Source: an uncultured Gammaproteobacteria bacterium (GTDB lineage Bacteria > Pseudomonadota > Gammaproteobacteria > DRLM01). Taken from it: DNA of 64,000 nt. How positions within the stretch are numbered: the stretch's first letter is position 1; every line of letters begins with the position of its first letter. Both the position numbers and the translations under genes were made by a program. Below are positions 32,807 to 41,997 of the stretch, piece after piece. Under the pieces are notes generated by a model that saw only the letters and a list, made by a program, of their open reading frames with translations, was not told the origin of the DNA and made no database searches. The stretch covers positions 288,001 through 352,000 of the forward strand of contig CAVSNY010000003.1 of NCBI GenBank assembly GCA_963729605.1, in the 5' to 3' direction.

Positions 32807-33589
32807 GTGGAATTCACTTTTCTCGCATATCCGGTCGTGGGGTTGCTCAGCGGCATGCTGGCGGGTCTGCTGGGCATTGGCGGCGGGCTCATCATCGTCC
32901 CCGCCTTGTTGTTTATTTTGCCCTATCAGGAGGCGTCCCAAGTCAGTTCGATGCACGCGGCGGTCGCCACGTCATTGGCTACGGTCGTCATGACCGCCAC
33001 CGTCGCGACTTACAGCCATCACCGCCGCGGCGCCGTGGTGTGGCCGGTCGTCGCACGGATGGCCGGCGGCCTGGCGATAGGGGCCGGCAGCGGCGCAGTG
33101 CTGGTGGATGCCTTGCCGGCGGAGGTTCTGCGGAACTGTTACGGTGTTTTTGCCCTCGGCATAGCGGTTTATATGGCCTTAAATCCTCAATTCACTGGGA
33201 AAAGGGCCTTGCCTGGTTGGCCGGGTTTATTGGGCATAGGCACGCTGATTGGCCACTTATCTGCCATCGTCGGTATCGGTGGCGGTACCTTGACCGTCCC
33301 TTTTTTGCGCTGGTGCCGACTCTCGATCCAGCATGCGGTGGCCACCTCTTCGGCGTGCGGTCTGCCCATCGCGCTGGGCGCCACCTTGGGTTTTACTCTT
33401 TTGCACAATAACTTGAACGACTCTGCGCCCGGTTATATTCATTGGCCCGCTGCCTTGGGTATCGGTTTGACCAGTGTCCTGGCGGCCCCCTGGGGGGTAA
33501 GGCTGGCCCATCATGTCTCTACGGTGACCTTGAATGCCATTTTCTCGATATTTTTGGCTGTTATCGGGTTTTATTTATTGTTCGGTTAA
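32807..33589 (+). CDS. TauE/SafE-family membrane exporter
   Basis: GLLGIGGGLIIVP and IVGIGGGTLTVP repeats; multiple transmembrane helices. Confidence 0.88.
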   Translation: MEFTFLAYPVVGLLSGMLAGLLGIGGGLIIVPALLFILPYQEASQVSSMHAAVATSLATVVMTATVATYSHHRRGAVVWPVVARMAGGLAIGAGSGAVLVDALPAEVLRNCYGVFALGIAVYMALNPQFTGKRALPGWPGLLGIGTLIGHLSAIVGIGGGTLTVPFLRWCRLSIQHAVATSSACGLPIALGATLGFTLLHNNLNDSAPGYIHWPAALGIGLTSVLAAPWGVRLAHHVSTVTLNAIFSIFLAVIGFYLLFG

Positions 33590-33703
33590 GTAGGTCGTTT
33601 CCGGCCCTGTGAAGGCCGTCACAATCCCGCCAAATCACCCTGTTTAGGAGATCACCCCCGGCCGATAACGAGGCATGGGCTGGTTCTACTATGAGGTGTG
33701 AGT

Positions 33704-34081
33704 ATGGGAAAAAGAATTTTCGCGACCGCAGGTATGCTGCTGGGGATGGTGATCGGCGCCACGACTGTTCAGGCCGATTCCTATTCAGATGCCTTTGCCG
33801 CCGCTGAAAGGGGTCACTACGACCAGGCATTGAGATTGTTTACCCCGTTGGCGGAGCAGGGCAATGCCCAGGCTCAATTCAATCTGGCGCTTATGTATCA
33901 CGGTGGTTTGGGCGTCAAGCGCAGCGAACAACAGGCCGTTGCGTGGTATCAACGTGCCGCCAGCAACGGTTCGAAAGAGGCCCAGGAATTTTTGGCCGTG
34001 GGTTATCAGGAAGGCTGGTTCGGATTGCCGCGCGACACCCAACAGGCCAAGTATTGGTTCGAGCGTCTGAAAGATTCTTAA
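33704..34081 (+). CDS. Small secreted Sel1-repeat protein
   Basis: Signal peptide; LAEQGNAQAQFNLALMYHGGLG. Confidence 0.85.
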   Translation: MGKRIFATAGMLLGMVIGATTVQADSYSDAFAAAERGHYDQALRLFTPLAEQGNAQAQFNLALMYHGGLGVKRSEQQAVAWYQRAASNGSKEAQEFLAVGYQEGWFGLPRDTQQAKYWFERLKDS

Positions 34082-34119
34082 ACCCCTCGTCAGACTCAAC
34101 AACGGTTTATCAAAATAAC

Positions 34120-34156
34120 GACCACCGTCCGGTAAACACCGGGCGGTGGTCATTTA
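34120..34156. terminator. Probable intrinsic terminator hairpin
   Basis: GACCACCGTCCGGT-AAAC-ACCGGGCGGTGGTC with AT-rich flanks, just after the Sel1 gene. Confidence 0.6.
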
Positions 34157-34273
34157 TCTCCGTGATAGCTATACGGCAAGAAAAAACCCGGCGTTTGCCC
34201 GATAAATGGATGATAGATTCACAAACTTCCTGCTAGAATGGGCCATCGCCTGCTCGCTGGAGGGTCATCCATC

Positions 34274-34729
34274 ATGTTACAAGAACAAAAAGTCGGCGGA
34301 GAACGTCGGGTCCGCTCTTCCAATCTGATCGGTAAATTGGTGGACGCCCGTACGGAGATGCTCTCCCTGTACGGCGAGTTGATCGGCAAGCGCCCCTTTA
34401 AAGGGGACGCCAAAGTTCCCGCGCTCATTCAGCGTTTTTGCCAGTCCTTGGTGGACTACACCGCGCAGGCCCATTTCCAGCTCTACCGTCACTTCGCTGA
34501 AAACCGCGAACGGCGCGTAGTGGTGGTGGCGATTTCGGAAGAGATTTATCCGCGTATCCTGGAAATCACCCGTCTCACCCTCGATTTCAACGACAAATAC
34601 GACTGCGAAGACCATTGCGAAGTCCTTACTTCGCTGGACAAAGACCTGTCCCTGCTGGGCGAGCAACTGGCCGACCGCATCGAATTGGAAGATCGCCTGA
34701 TCTCGGCCCTGATCGGCAGCCGCTCATAA
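34274..34729 (+). CDS. rsd: Anti-sigma70 factor, Rsd/AlgQ family
   Basis: FCQSLVDYTAQAHF, LDFNDKY, LGEQLADRIELEDRLI. Confidence 0.88.
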   Translation: MLQEQKVGGERRVRSSNLIGKLVDARTEMLSLYGELIGKRPFKGDAKVPALIQRFCQSLVDYTAQAHFQLYRHFAENRERRVVVVAISEEIYPRILEITRLTLDFNDKYDCEDHCEVLTSLDKDLSLLGEQLADRIELEDRLISALIGSRS

Positions 34730-35103
34730 CTCCGCCACCGCTGAATCCCCGACTCCCAAGAAAACACCGGTCGGCGCCGCGTGCCCAAGCCTATCGGCAT
34801 CATGAACACCGACCGGCATTATAGAACCGGATTGGCAAATCAGCGACACCGCGCAATCACTCGCCGAATACGGCCTTAGCCAGCCCATCGAACCGTTTGG
34901 TTAACGATTTTAATGATCCGCGGCATTCCAGGACCCATTATCAACAATAGGTGGGCGAAGCGGGTCTGTCCGCCGACAAATGCCAAATCTCATGGGACAA
35001 TGGGGCCGGTCGTTACACCCTTAGGCCAAATAGTGGTAAACCATGACGGGAGCGTTCCGCGGCGGCGAACTTCTCCGGATGAAGGACACTCTACAGAACA
35101 ACT

Positions 35104-37308
35104 ATGGTTAGCGTAACCGACAAAAAGACCGGCACCACCAGCAAGGAACTGCTGGATATCGAACAATGGCTCACCGCGCTGGAAGGGCAGCGCACACCGG
35201 AAGAGCTGGCGCTGCTCCGCCGGGCCTGCGCGGTGGCGGAACAGGCCCACGCCGGTCAGTTGCGGGCCTCGGGCGAGCCCTACCTGCAACATGCCCTGGC
35301 GGTGGCCAACATCCTCGCCGGTCTGCAACTCGACGCGGAAACCCTCGCCGCCGCCGTGCTGCACGACGTGGTGGAAGACACCGAACTCACCCTCGCGCAA
35401 ATCGAAAAAGACTTCGGGCCGCGGGTCGCCCAATTGGTGGACGGCGTCACCAAGATGGAGCTGATCCAGCATTGGCACACCGCCGGCGACAGCGGCAAAC
35501 GCGAACTGCGCCAGGCCGAGACCTTGCGCAAAATGCTGCTGGCCATGGCCGACGACGTGCGGGTGGTGCTGATCAAACTCGCCGATCGCACCCACAATAT
35601 GCGCACCCTGGATTATCTGCCGGCCGACAAACAGCAGCGCATCGCCGACGAGACCCTCTCCATCTACGCGCCCCTCGCCAATCGGCTGGGGATTTGGCAT
35701 ATCAAGTGGGAATTGGAAGACCTCTCGTTCCGTTATCTGCACCCTGACCGCTACAAACAAATCGCGCGGATGCTGAACGAGCGGCGGGTCGATCGTGAAC
35801 GCTACATCAACCAGTTCATGAAGACTCTGGGCGATGCCTTGACGCGGGTCGGCGTGCGCGCCGAAGTCACCGGCCGGCCCAAACACATCTACAGCATTTG
35901 GCGCAAGATGAGCCGCAAGAACGTGGACTACAGCCAAATCTACGACGTGCGCGCGGTGCGGGTGCTGGTGGACGAGGTGCGCGACTGCTACGCCGCACTG
36001 GGCATCGTGCACGGCCTGTGGCAATACATCCCCGGCGAATTCGATGACTACATCGCCACGCCCAAGGAAAACAACTACCGTTCCATCCACACCGCGGTGA
36101 TCGGCCCCGAAGGAAAAACCGTCGAGGTGCAGATCCGCACGCACGGCATGCACCAGCATTCCGAGTTGGGTGTGGCGGCGCATTGGCGTTACAAGGAAGG
36201 CACGGCGCAAGATGAAGGCTTCGACCGCAAGATCACCTTGCTGCGGCAATTGCTGGAGTGGAAGGACGACATCGCCCACACCGAAGACGACGGCGATCTG
36301 CGCACCGATCTGTTGGAAGAACGCGTCTACGTCTTTTCGCCCAAGGGCGACATCATCGATCTGCCCGCCGGCGCGACGCCATTGGATTTCGCCTATCACA
36401 TCCACACCGAACTGGGACACCGCACCCGCGGCGCCAAGGTCAACGGCCATATGGTGCCGCTCACCTACGCATTGCAAACGGGACAACAGGTGGACATCCT
36501 CAGCGTTAAAAAAGGCACGCCCAGCCGCGACTGGCTCAATCCGCATCTGGGTTATTTGAAAACCTCCCGCGCGCGCGGCAAGGTCCAGCACTGGTTCAAG
36601 CAGCAAAATCTCGAGGCCAATATCGCCGCGGGCCGCACCGCCTTTGAAAAAGAACTGCAACGTCTCGGCCTAGCCGCGGTGAATTTCGAAGACGTCGCCC
36701 GCCGCCTGCATTTCCCCCACGCCGATGACTTTTTCGCCGCCATCGGCCGCGGCGATTTGAAGATCGCCCAAGCCGTGCACAGCGTGCAACAGGCGCAGGA
36801 ACCCGCGCCGCATCGGCTCGACAATTTACCCACACCCGCGGCGACACCGCGCCGAGAAGGCAGCGGCATCCAAATCATGGGGGTTGGCAATCTCATGACT
36901 CATCTTGCCCGTTGCTGCAAACCGGTACCGGGCGAACAGATCGTCGGTTTCATTACCCGCGGCCGCGGCGTGACCATTCATCGCCGCGATTGCAGTAACG
37001 CCCTGCGTTACCGCAACGACAGCCCGCAGCGGCTCATCGAAGTGGAGTGGGGCGGCGCGGCGGAGACGTATCCGGTGGATATCCGCGTCGTCGCCAACGA
37101 CCGGCAGGGCCTGTTGCGGGACATCAGCTCGGTGCTGGCCAATGAAAAGATCAACGTCATCGCCGTCGAAACGATTTCGGACAAGCAGAAAAACCTGGCC
37201 TATATGACCTTGACCGCCGAGATCGGCGGCATCGGTGAACTGAGCCGCATTTTAGATAAAATCGGCCAGTTACCGAATATCATCGAGGTCAAACGAGAGA
37301 CGCATTAG
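35104..37308 (+). CDS. relA: GTP pyrophosphokinase, long RSH enzyme (RelA-like)
   Basis: HD-like region, GRPKHIYSI, synthetase YRSIHT/EVQIRT, TGS, CCKP and ACT domains. Confidence 0.93.
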   Translation: MVSVTDKKTGTTSKELLDIEQWLTALEGQRTPEELALLRRACAVAEQAHAGQLRASGEPYLQHALAVANILAGLQLDAETLAAAVLHDVVEDTELTLAQIEKDFGPRVAQLVDGVTKMELIQHWHTAGDSGKRELRQAETLRKMLLAMADDVRVVLIKLADRTHNMRTLDYLPADKQQRIADETLSIYAPLANRLGIWHIKWELEDLSFRYLHPDRYKQIARMLNERRVDRERYINQFMKTLGDALTRVGVRAEVTGRPKHIYSIWRKMSRKNVDYSQIYDVRAVRVLVDEVRDCYAALGIVHGLWQYIPGEFDDYIATPKENNYRSIHTAVIGPEGKTVEVQIRTHGMHQHSELGVAAHWRYKEGTAQDEGFDRKITLLRQLLEWKDDIAHTEDDGDLRTDLLEERVYVFSPKGDIIDLPAGATPLDFAYHIHTELGHRTRGAKVNGHMVPLTYALQTGQQVDILSVKKGTPSRDWLNPHLGYLKTSRARGKVQHWFKQQNLEANIAAGRTAFEKELQRLGLAAVNFEDVARRLHFPHADDFFAAIGRGDLKIAQAVHSVQQAQEPAPHRLDNLPTPAATPRREGSGIQIMGVGNLMTHLARCCKPVPGEQIVGFITRGRGVTIHRRDCSNALRYRNDSPQRLIEVEWGGAAETYPVDIRVVANDRQGLLRDISSVLANEKINVIAVETISDKQKNLAYMTLTAEIGGIGELSRILDKIGQLPNIIEVKRETH

Positions 37309-37525
37309 AGCGCTGTCCAGCATCGGCGGCAACGATAGTAAAGAACGATGGGTGAGCGATGTCGATAGGAACGGAGGTATCCTTCGCAAAAGACGTTCAA
37401 CCCGGACGGCGCTCACTGACATGTCATTAACGCAGGGCGTTTTTTGATACCCTCGCTCCCAGCGTATCCCCGGCCTTGAGCGTGGCTCGTGAAAGCCGGA
37501 GTAAACAGGTGCGAAGGAGCCTATC

Positions 37526-37900
37526 TTGTATCACCTTCTCGCGGACATCGTCATTGTCATACACCTGGCGTTTATTATCTTCGTCATCGCGGGTGGGCTG
37601 CTGCTGTTTCGCCGGCCGCGCCTTGCGTGGCTGCATCTGCCCGCCGCGGCGTGGGGTGCGCTCGTCGAGATCATGGGGTGGACTTGTCCGCTTACGCCCC
37701 TGGAAAATAGTTTCAGGGAGCTCGGAGGCGGCACGTCTTATGAAGGTGATTTCATCGCACATTATCTGCTACCGATCATCTATCCTGAAAACCTGACCGC
37801 GACGACTCAGTTGATGCTTGGCGTGATCGTCATCGCAGTGAATGGCGTGATTTATATGCGAGTGTTTTTCCCGCAGAAAATAAGGCGGAACCGTGAATAG
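37526..37900 (+). CDS. DUF2784-family membrane protein
   Basis: HLAFIIFV...WLHLPA...CPLTPLE...FIAHYLLPIIYP. Confidence 0.8.
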   Translation: MYHLLADIVIVIHLAFIIFVIAGGLLLFRRPRLAWLHLPAAAWGALVEIMGWTCPLTPLENSFRELGGGTSYEGDFIAHYLLPIIYPENLTATTQLMLGVIVIAVNGVIYMRVFFPQKIRRNRE

Positions 37901-37982
37901 ATTTTCGCCGGGAGAGGTCGTGAACCGTCTGTGGGCCGATGGCGCAGTGCGGACAGAGGTGGAGGGTACCGCTAAAATTCCA

Positions 37983-38014
37983 CCCGGGATACACGGGTAA
38001 TTCGTGTCCCCGGG
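37983..38014. terminator. Hairpin between the convergent DUF2784 gene and cynS
   Basis: CCCGGGATACACG-GGTAATT-CGTGTCCCCGGG imperfect inverted repeat. Confidence 0.5.
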
Positions 38015-38035
38015 CTGAGTGATATTTTTTTCCGC

Positions 38036-38476
38036 TCACCAGGCTTTATAAGGCAAAAATTTGCCGTTGAGCGTGACCACCACCCGATCTCCTTTGGGAT
38101 TTTCCTCCTTGTCGATGTGCATGGAGAAGTCGATAGCGCTCATGATGCCGTCGCCGAATTTTTCATGAATGAGTTCCTTGATGGTTTCGCCGTAGACCCC
38201 GACGATCTCATACCAGCGATAGATCAGCGGATCGGTGGGCACGGCCTGGTCCCAATGTTTATGCGGACATTTGGTCAAGGCGACGGCGACCTCGTCGGGA
38301 AGTTCGAGCATCTCACATACGGCCATGGCCTTGTCCAGCGGCATGCTGTTCATACCCAGGCAAGCCGAAGTGGTCCATACGGGCGACATGCCGATCTTTT
38401 CCGCGATGTCTTCCCAACTCAAACCCGAGATGTCTTTGGCGACGAGTATTTGTATCTTCATTTCATCTTTGGTCAT
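38036..38476 (-). CDS. cynS: Cyanate hydratase (cyanase)
   Basis: PTDPLIYRWYE, EKFGDGIMSAIDF, GKFLPY. Confidence 0.96.
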   Translation of the reverse strand: MTKDEMKIQILVAKDISGLSWEDIAEKIGMSPVWTTSACLGMNSMPLDKAMAVCEMLELPDEVAVALTKCPHKHWDQAVPTDPLIYRWYEIVGVYGETIKELIHEKFGDGIMSAIDFSMHIDKEENPKGDRVVVTLNGKFLPYKAW

Positions 38477-38487
38477 GATGCGTACTC

Positions 38488-39444
38488 CTATGCTGAGGTG
38501 GATGTCGGCTTGAGATGATCGATTGCCTGCGCCCGCGCGGTACGGCGTTTGAGCGCGAGATCGGGTATTCCGCTATTTTCCAACGATGGATCGACTTCGA
38601 GGGGTATCGTCGCTTGGTCAGTATCCATGCTTTCTCCCGACTGCGCCGCATGGTCCGTCAATTCCCGCGAACGGCTTAATAAAAATTCCACCAAATGATT
38701 GCGGATGCGGTAATAGGCGGGATGGTGGATGACGCTGTTGCGGTCGCGCGGCCGGGGGATGGCGATCTTCACCGACTCGGCGACGCGGGCATGCGGCCCG
38801 TTGGTCATCAGCAGAACGCGGTCGGAGAGCAGGATCGCCTCATCCACGTCGTGAGTGATCATGAACACGGTTTGTTTGGTTTCATGCCAGATCTTCAGCA
38901 GCTCCTCCTGGATCACGCCGCGGGTAAGGGCATCCAAGGCGCCGAAGGGTTCGTCGAGCAGCAGCAGTTGCGGCTGAGTGGCGAAGGCGCGGGCGATACT
39001 CACCCGCTGGCGCATGCCGCCGGAGAGTTGCGCGGGTTTGCGATTCATCGCATCTTTTAAGCCGACCAGTTCCAGGAATCTCATACTGTGTTCGGTGACT
39101 TGCCGTTTATTCCACTCCGGCCAACGGGCGCGCACGCCGAAGGCCACGTTGTTCAAGGCGCTGAGCCAGGGCAGCAGACTGTAATTTTGAAAGACCACGC
39201 CGCGTTGCAGGCTGGGGCCGGCCACTTCCTTGCCGTTCATGATCACCGTGCCGGCGCTGGCCTCGTCCAGACCGGCCAGGACGTTGAGGATGGTGGATTT
39301 GCCGCAACCGGAGTGGCCGATGACGCAGACGAATTCGCCTTTTTCCACGGTGAAATTGGCGTCTTCGAACACCGTGAGCCGTCCCTTGCCGTCGGGGGAG
39401 GGGTAACGTTTAGCCAAACCTTGCACTTGTAAAAAATGTTTCAT
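38488..39444 (-). CDS. ABC ATPase of the nitrate/cyanate (NrtCD/CynD) type
   Basis: GHSGCGKST, LSGGMRQR, LDEPFGALDALTR. Confidence 0.9.
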   Translation of the reverse strand: MKHFLQVQGLAKRYPSPDGKGRLTVFEDANFTVEKGEFVCVIGHSGCGKSTILNVLAGLDEASAGTVIMNGKEVAGPSLQRGVVFQNYSLLPWLSALNNVAFGVRARWPEWNKRQVTEHSMRFLELVGLKDAMNRKPAQLSGGMRQRVSIARAFATQPQLLLLDEPFGALDALTRGVIQEELLKIWHETKQTVFMITHDVDEAILLSDRVLLMTNGPHARVAESVKIAIPRPRDRNSVIHHPAYYRIRNHLVEFLLSRSRELTDHAAQSGESMDTDQATIPLEVDPSLENSGIPDLALKRRTARAQAIDHLKPTSTSA

Positions 39445-39454
39445 GGGTGCGCTC

Positions 39455-40285
39455 CTATTCCTGGTAACGGACCAGGCGCGTCACCGCCGACAAGGCCATA
39501 TCGAGCAACATCCCCACCAGACCGATCATCAAGATCGAAAAAATCACGCTGGTGAGATCGAGATTGTTCCACTCGTTCCAAACGTAATAGCCGATGCCGG
39601 TGCCGCCCACCAGCATCTCGGCGGCGACGATCACCAGCCAGGCGATGCCGATGGAGATGCGCATGCCGGTGAGGATGGTCGGCGCCGCGGCGGGCAGTAT
39701 TACCGTGAAGGCGGTACGCAAGGGACTCAGTTCGTGAGTGCGCGCCACGTTGATCCAATCCTTGCGCACGCTGGCGACGCCGAAGGCGGTGTTGATCAGC
39801 ATCGGCCAGATCGAGCAGATGAAGATCACGAAGATCGCCGAGGTCTCCGAATCCTTGATTATGAACAAGGCCAGCGGCATCCAGGCCAGCGGCGAGATCG
39901 GCCGCAAGACTTGGATGAACGGGTTCAGGGATTTGTACATCAGCGGCGACATGCCGATCAGAAAGCCGCAGGGAATGGCCACCAGCGCCGCCATGAAATA
40001 GCCGGACAATACCCGATATATCGAATAGGCCAGCTGTATGCCGATGCCCTTGTCGTTGGGACCGGCATCGTAGAACGGATCGCTCAATTCCTGGACGGCG
40101 CGCTCGATCACGGCGGAGGGCGGAGGCACGCGCGCCTCCTGTTCCGCGCCGCCCATCAGCAATTCATATTCGGATTTGGCCGTCGACCCGGCCGGCGCAT
40201 GGCTGTTTATTTCCCACAGGCCGAGCAACACCGCCAGAAACAGCAGAGAAACCACGGTGGCCCGCGCATTGAGTGAACGCAGCAT
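39455..40285 (-). CDS. ABC permease of the NrtB/CynB type
   Basis: GPNDKGIG, LRPISPLAWMP, WLVIVAAEML, WNEWNN. Confidence 0.9.
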   Translation of the reverse strand: MLRSLNARATVVSLLFLAVLLGLWEINSHAPAGSTAKSEYELLMGGAEQEARVPPPSAVIERAVQELSDPFYDAGPNDKGIGIQLAYSIYRVLSGYFMAALVAIPCGFLIGMSPLMYKSLNPFIQVLRPISPLAWMPLALFIIKDSETSAIFVIFICSIWPMLINTAFGVASVRKDWINVARTHELSPLRTAFTVILPAAAPTILTGMRISIGIAWLVIVAAEMLVGGTGIGYYVWNEWNNLDLTSVIFSILMIGLVGMLLDMALSAVTRLVRYQE

Positions 40286-41680
40286 CAGGTCCTCCGGATC
40301 TTGAAGCTTTGGATATATTGCTCGGGTTTGCTGTAGTCGAACTCCTTGCCCATGATGGTGTGGTTTTTATAGGCCTTGGCAGGCGGGGTGTAGCCCAGCT
40401 CCTTCATTATCTTGCCGGCGTCGGCGGCGAGATACACCTTCTTCGGCGATGCGCCGGTAATCCAGATCGCCCTTCGATATAACCCCAGCGTTTCATCTGG
40501 GTGAGTATCCACACCGCCATGGACTGCCAGGGGAACGGGTCGAAGTCGATGCGGTTCGGCTCGTCGCGCACATTGCCCAGGCCGTCGGCATAACGGCCGG
40601 TGAGGACCTGCTCGATGACCGGCACCGGCTGATTGAGATAATTCTTGGGCGCGATGGCCTCGGCGATCTGCGCACGATTCTGCGGCTTGGCCGAATATTC
40701 CGTGGCATCGACGATGGCCTTGAGCAGCGCACCGTAAGTATTGGGCAACTCGGTGGCGAATTCCTTGCTGCACGCGAAGGCGCAGCAGGGATGACCGTCC
40801 CATATCTCCTTGGTCAACAGGTGGATGAAGCCGATCTTCTCCCACACCGCCCGTTGGTTGAACGGATCGGGCGACAGATAGCCATCCAGATTGCCGGCGC
40901 GCAGATTGGCCACCATTTCCGGCGGCGGCACCACGCGAATCTGAATGTCGTGTCGGGGTCGAGGCCGTGTTCCGCCACGTAATAGCGCAGCAGAAAATTG
41001 TGCATGGAATAATCGAAGGGCACGCCGAACTTGAAACCCTTCCATTGTTTGGGATCGCGCTTGTCCTGGTGATCCATGCGCAACACGATGGCCTGGCCGT
41101 TGATATTCTCCACCGCGGGCATCACGAAAGGTTTGGCGCTGGAACCGACGCCCAGGCTCATGGCCAGCGGCATGGGCGTGAGCATGTGCGAGGCGTCGTA
41201 TTCCTTGGCCAGGGATTTATCGCGCGCCACCGCCCAGCCGGCGGTCTTGATCACATCGACATCGAGACCGTGTTTACTGTAAAAGCCCAGCGGATGCGCC
41301 ATGATGATCGGCGTCGCGCAGGTGATGGGCACGAAGCCGATGCTGAGTTTGGTCTTCTCCGGTTTGCCCAATTTATCGAGGAGGGCGGCCTTGGCCTGTT
41401 CCATGGGAAACAGGCTGGCGAGAATGGCGGCGGCGGTGCCTCCGCCGATCAAACCTAAAAACGCGCGACGGCTGAGTTCATTGTGACCGAAGACCTCGCG
41501 TACCACCGCGCTCTCGATGGCCCGCTCCATGATGGCGTCGGAAGACAAGGCGGCGCCCGTTTCGGGCGTGCTCCCGTGATCGAGCGCCGGGCGACCCGCG
41601 CAAGCGGTACAGGAACAACCCGCCGTGTGGCTGAGCGTGATGTCGGGATTGTAAGGATCGCCGAGACTTTTAAAGGTCAT
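40285..41680 (-). pseudogene. CmpA/NrtA-family substrate-binding protein (probably cyanate), broken by three single-base indels; may be a sequencing artefact
   Basis: Tat motif SRRAFL; GFVPITCATP; YSMHN; HPCC. Frame changes at about 40951 (-1), 40476 (+1) and 40442 (+1). Confidence 0.85.
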
Positions 41681-41803
41681 GATTTAGCCCCTCTGTGGAT
41701 GTACTGAATTGGTTCATGGCCACCCCATGTCGCACAAGCCCGGTGCATGCCTCATCGTCATGCTATCCGTGGTCGCCGCTGTTTCATCTTGCCGATCACT
41801 CAG

Positions 41804-41819
41804 TGCACTCGCTGTGCCA
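41804..41819 (-). promoter_or_regulatory. sigma54 -24/-12 promoter of the cyanate operon
   Basis: Minus strand TGGCACAGCGAGTGCA: GG-N10-GC spacing, about 125 bp upstream of the ATG at 41680. Confidence 0.75.
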
Positions 41820-41886
41820 GCGGATCAAATTCGGCTTAACTTGTTGACGTGAAGGGTATTGACCGTAATAAAGTGAAACCGGCGGC

Positions 41887-41943
41887 CTACGTTATCTCGT
41901 AGTTAGACGAACTCGCGTAGCGGCGATTACGTCATTTCGTAAT
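41887..41943. promoter_or_regulatory. Candidate enhancer (UAS): three ACG-N6-CGTA palindromic boxes
   Basis: CTACG-TTATCT-CGTAG, GACG-AACTCG-CGTA and ATTACG-TCATTT-CGTAAT, about 70-125 bp upstream of the -24 element. Confidence 0.6.
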
Positions 41944-41997
41944 TTGGCATGGCGGTTGATAATCATTGGGGGTCACCCCAACAGTCATTCAGCGACC

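Noticed and set aside
34730-35103. Possible sRNA in the rsd-relA gap
   Set aside because: No recognisable RNA family, strong structure or terminator seen by eye.
34990-36660. 556-aa minus-strand ORF, and similar long antisense ORFs over icd, clpA, hisZ, rnr and the eCIS genes
   Set aside because: They are shadow frames of well-supported genes in GC-rich DNA and carry no recognisable motifs.
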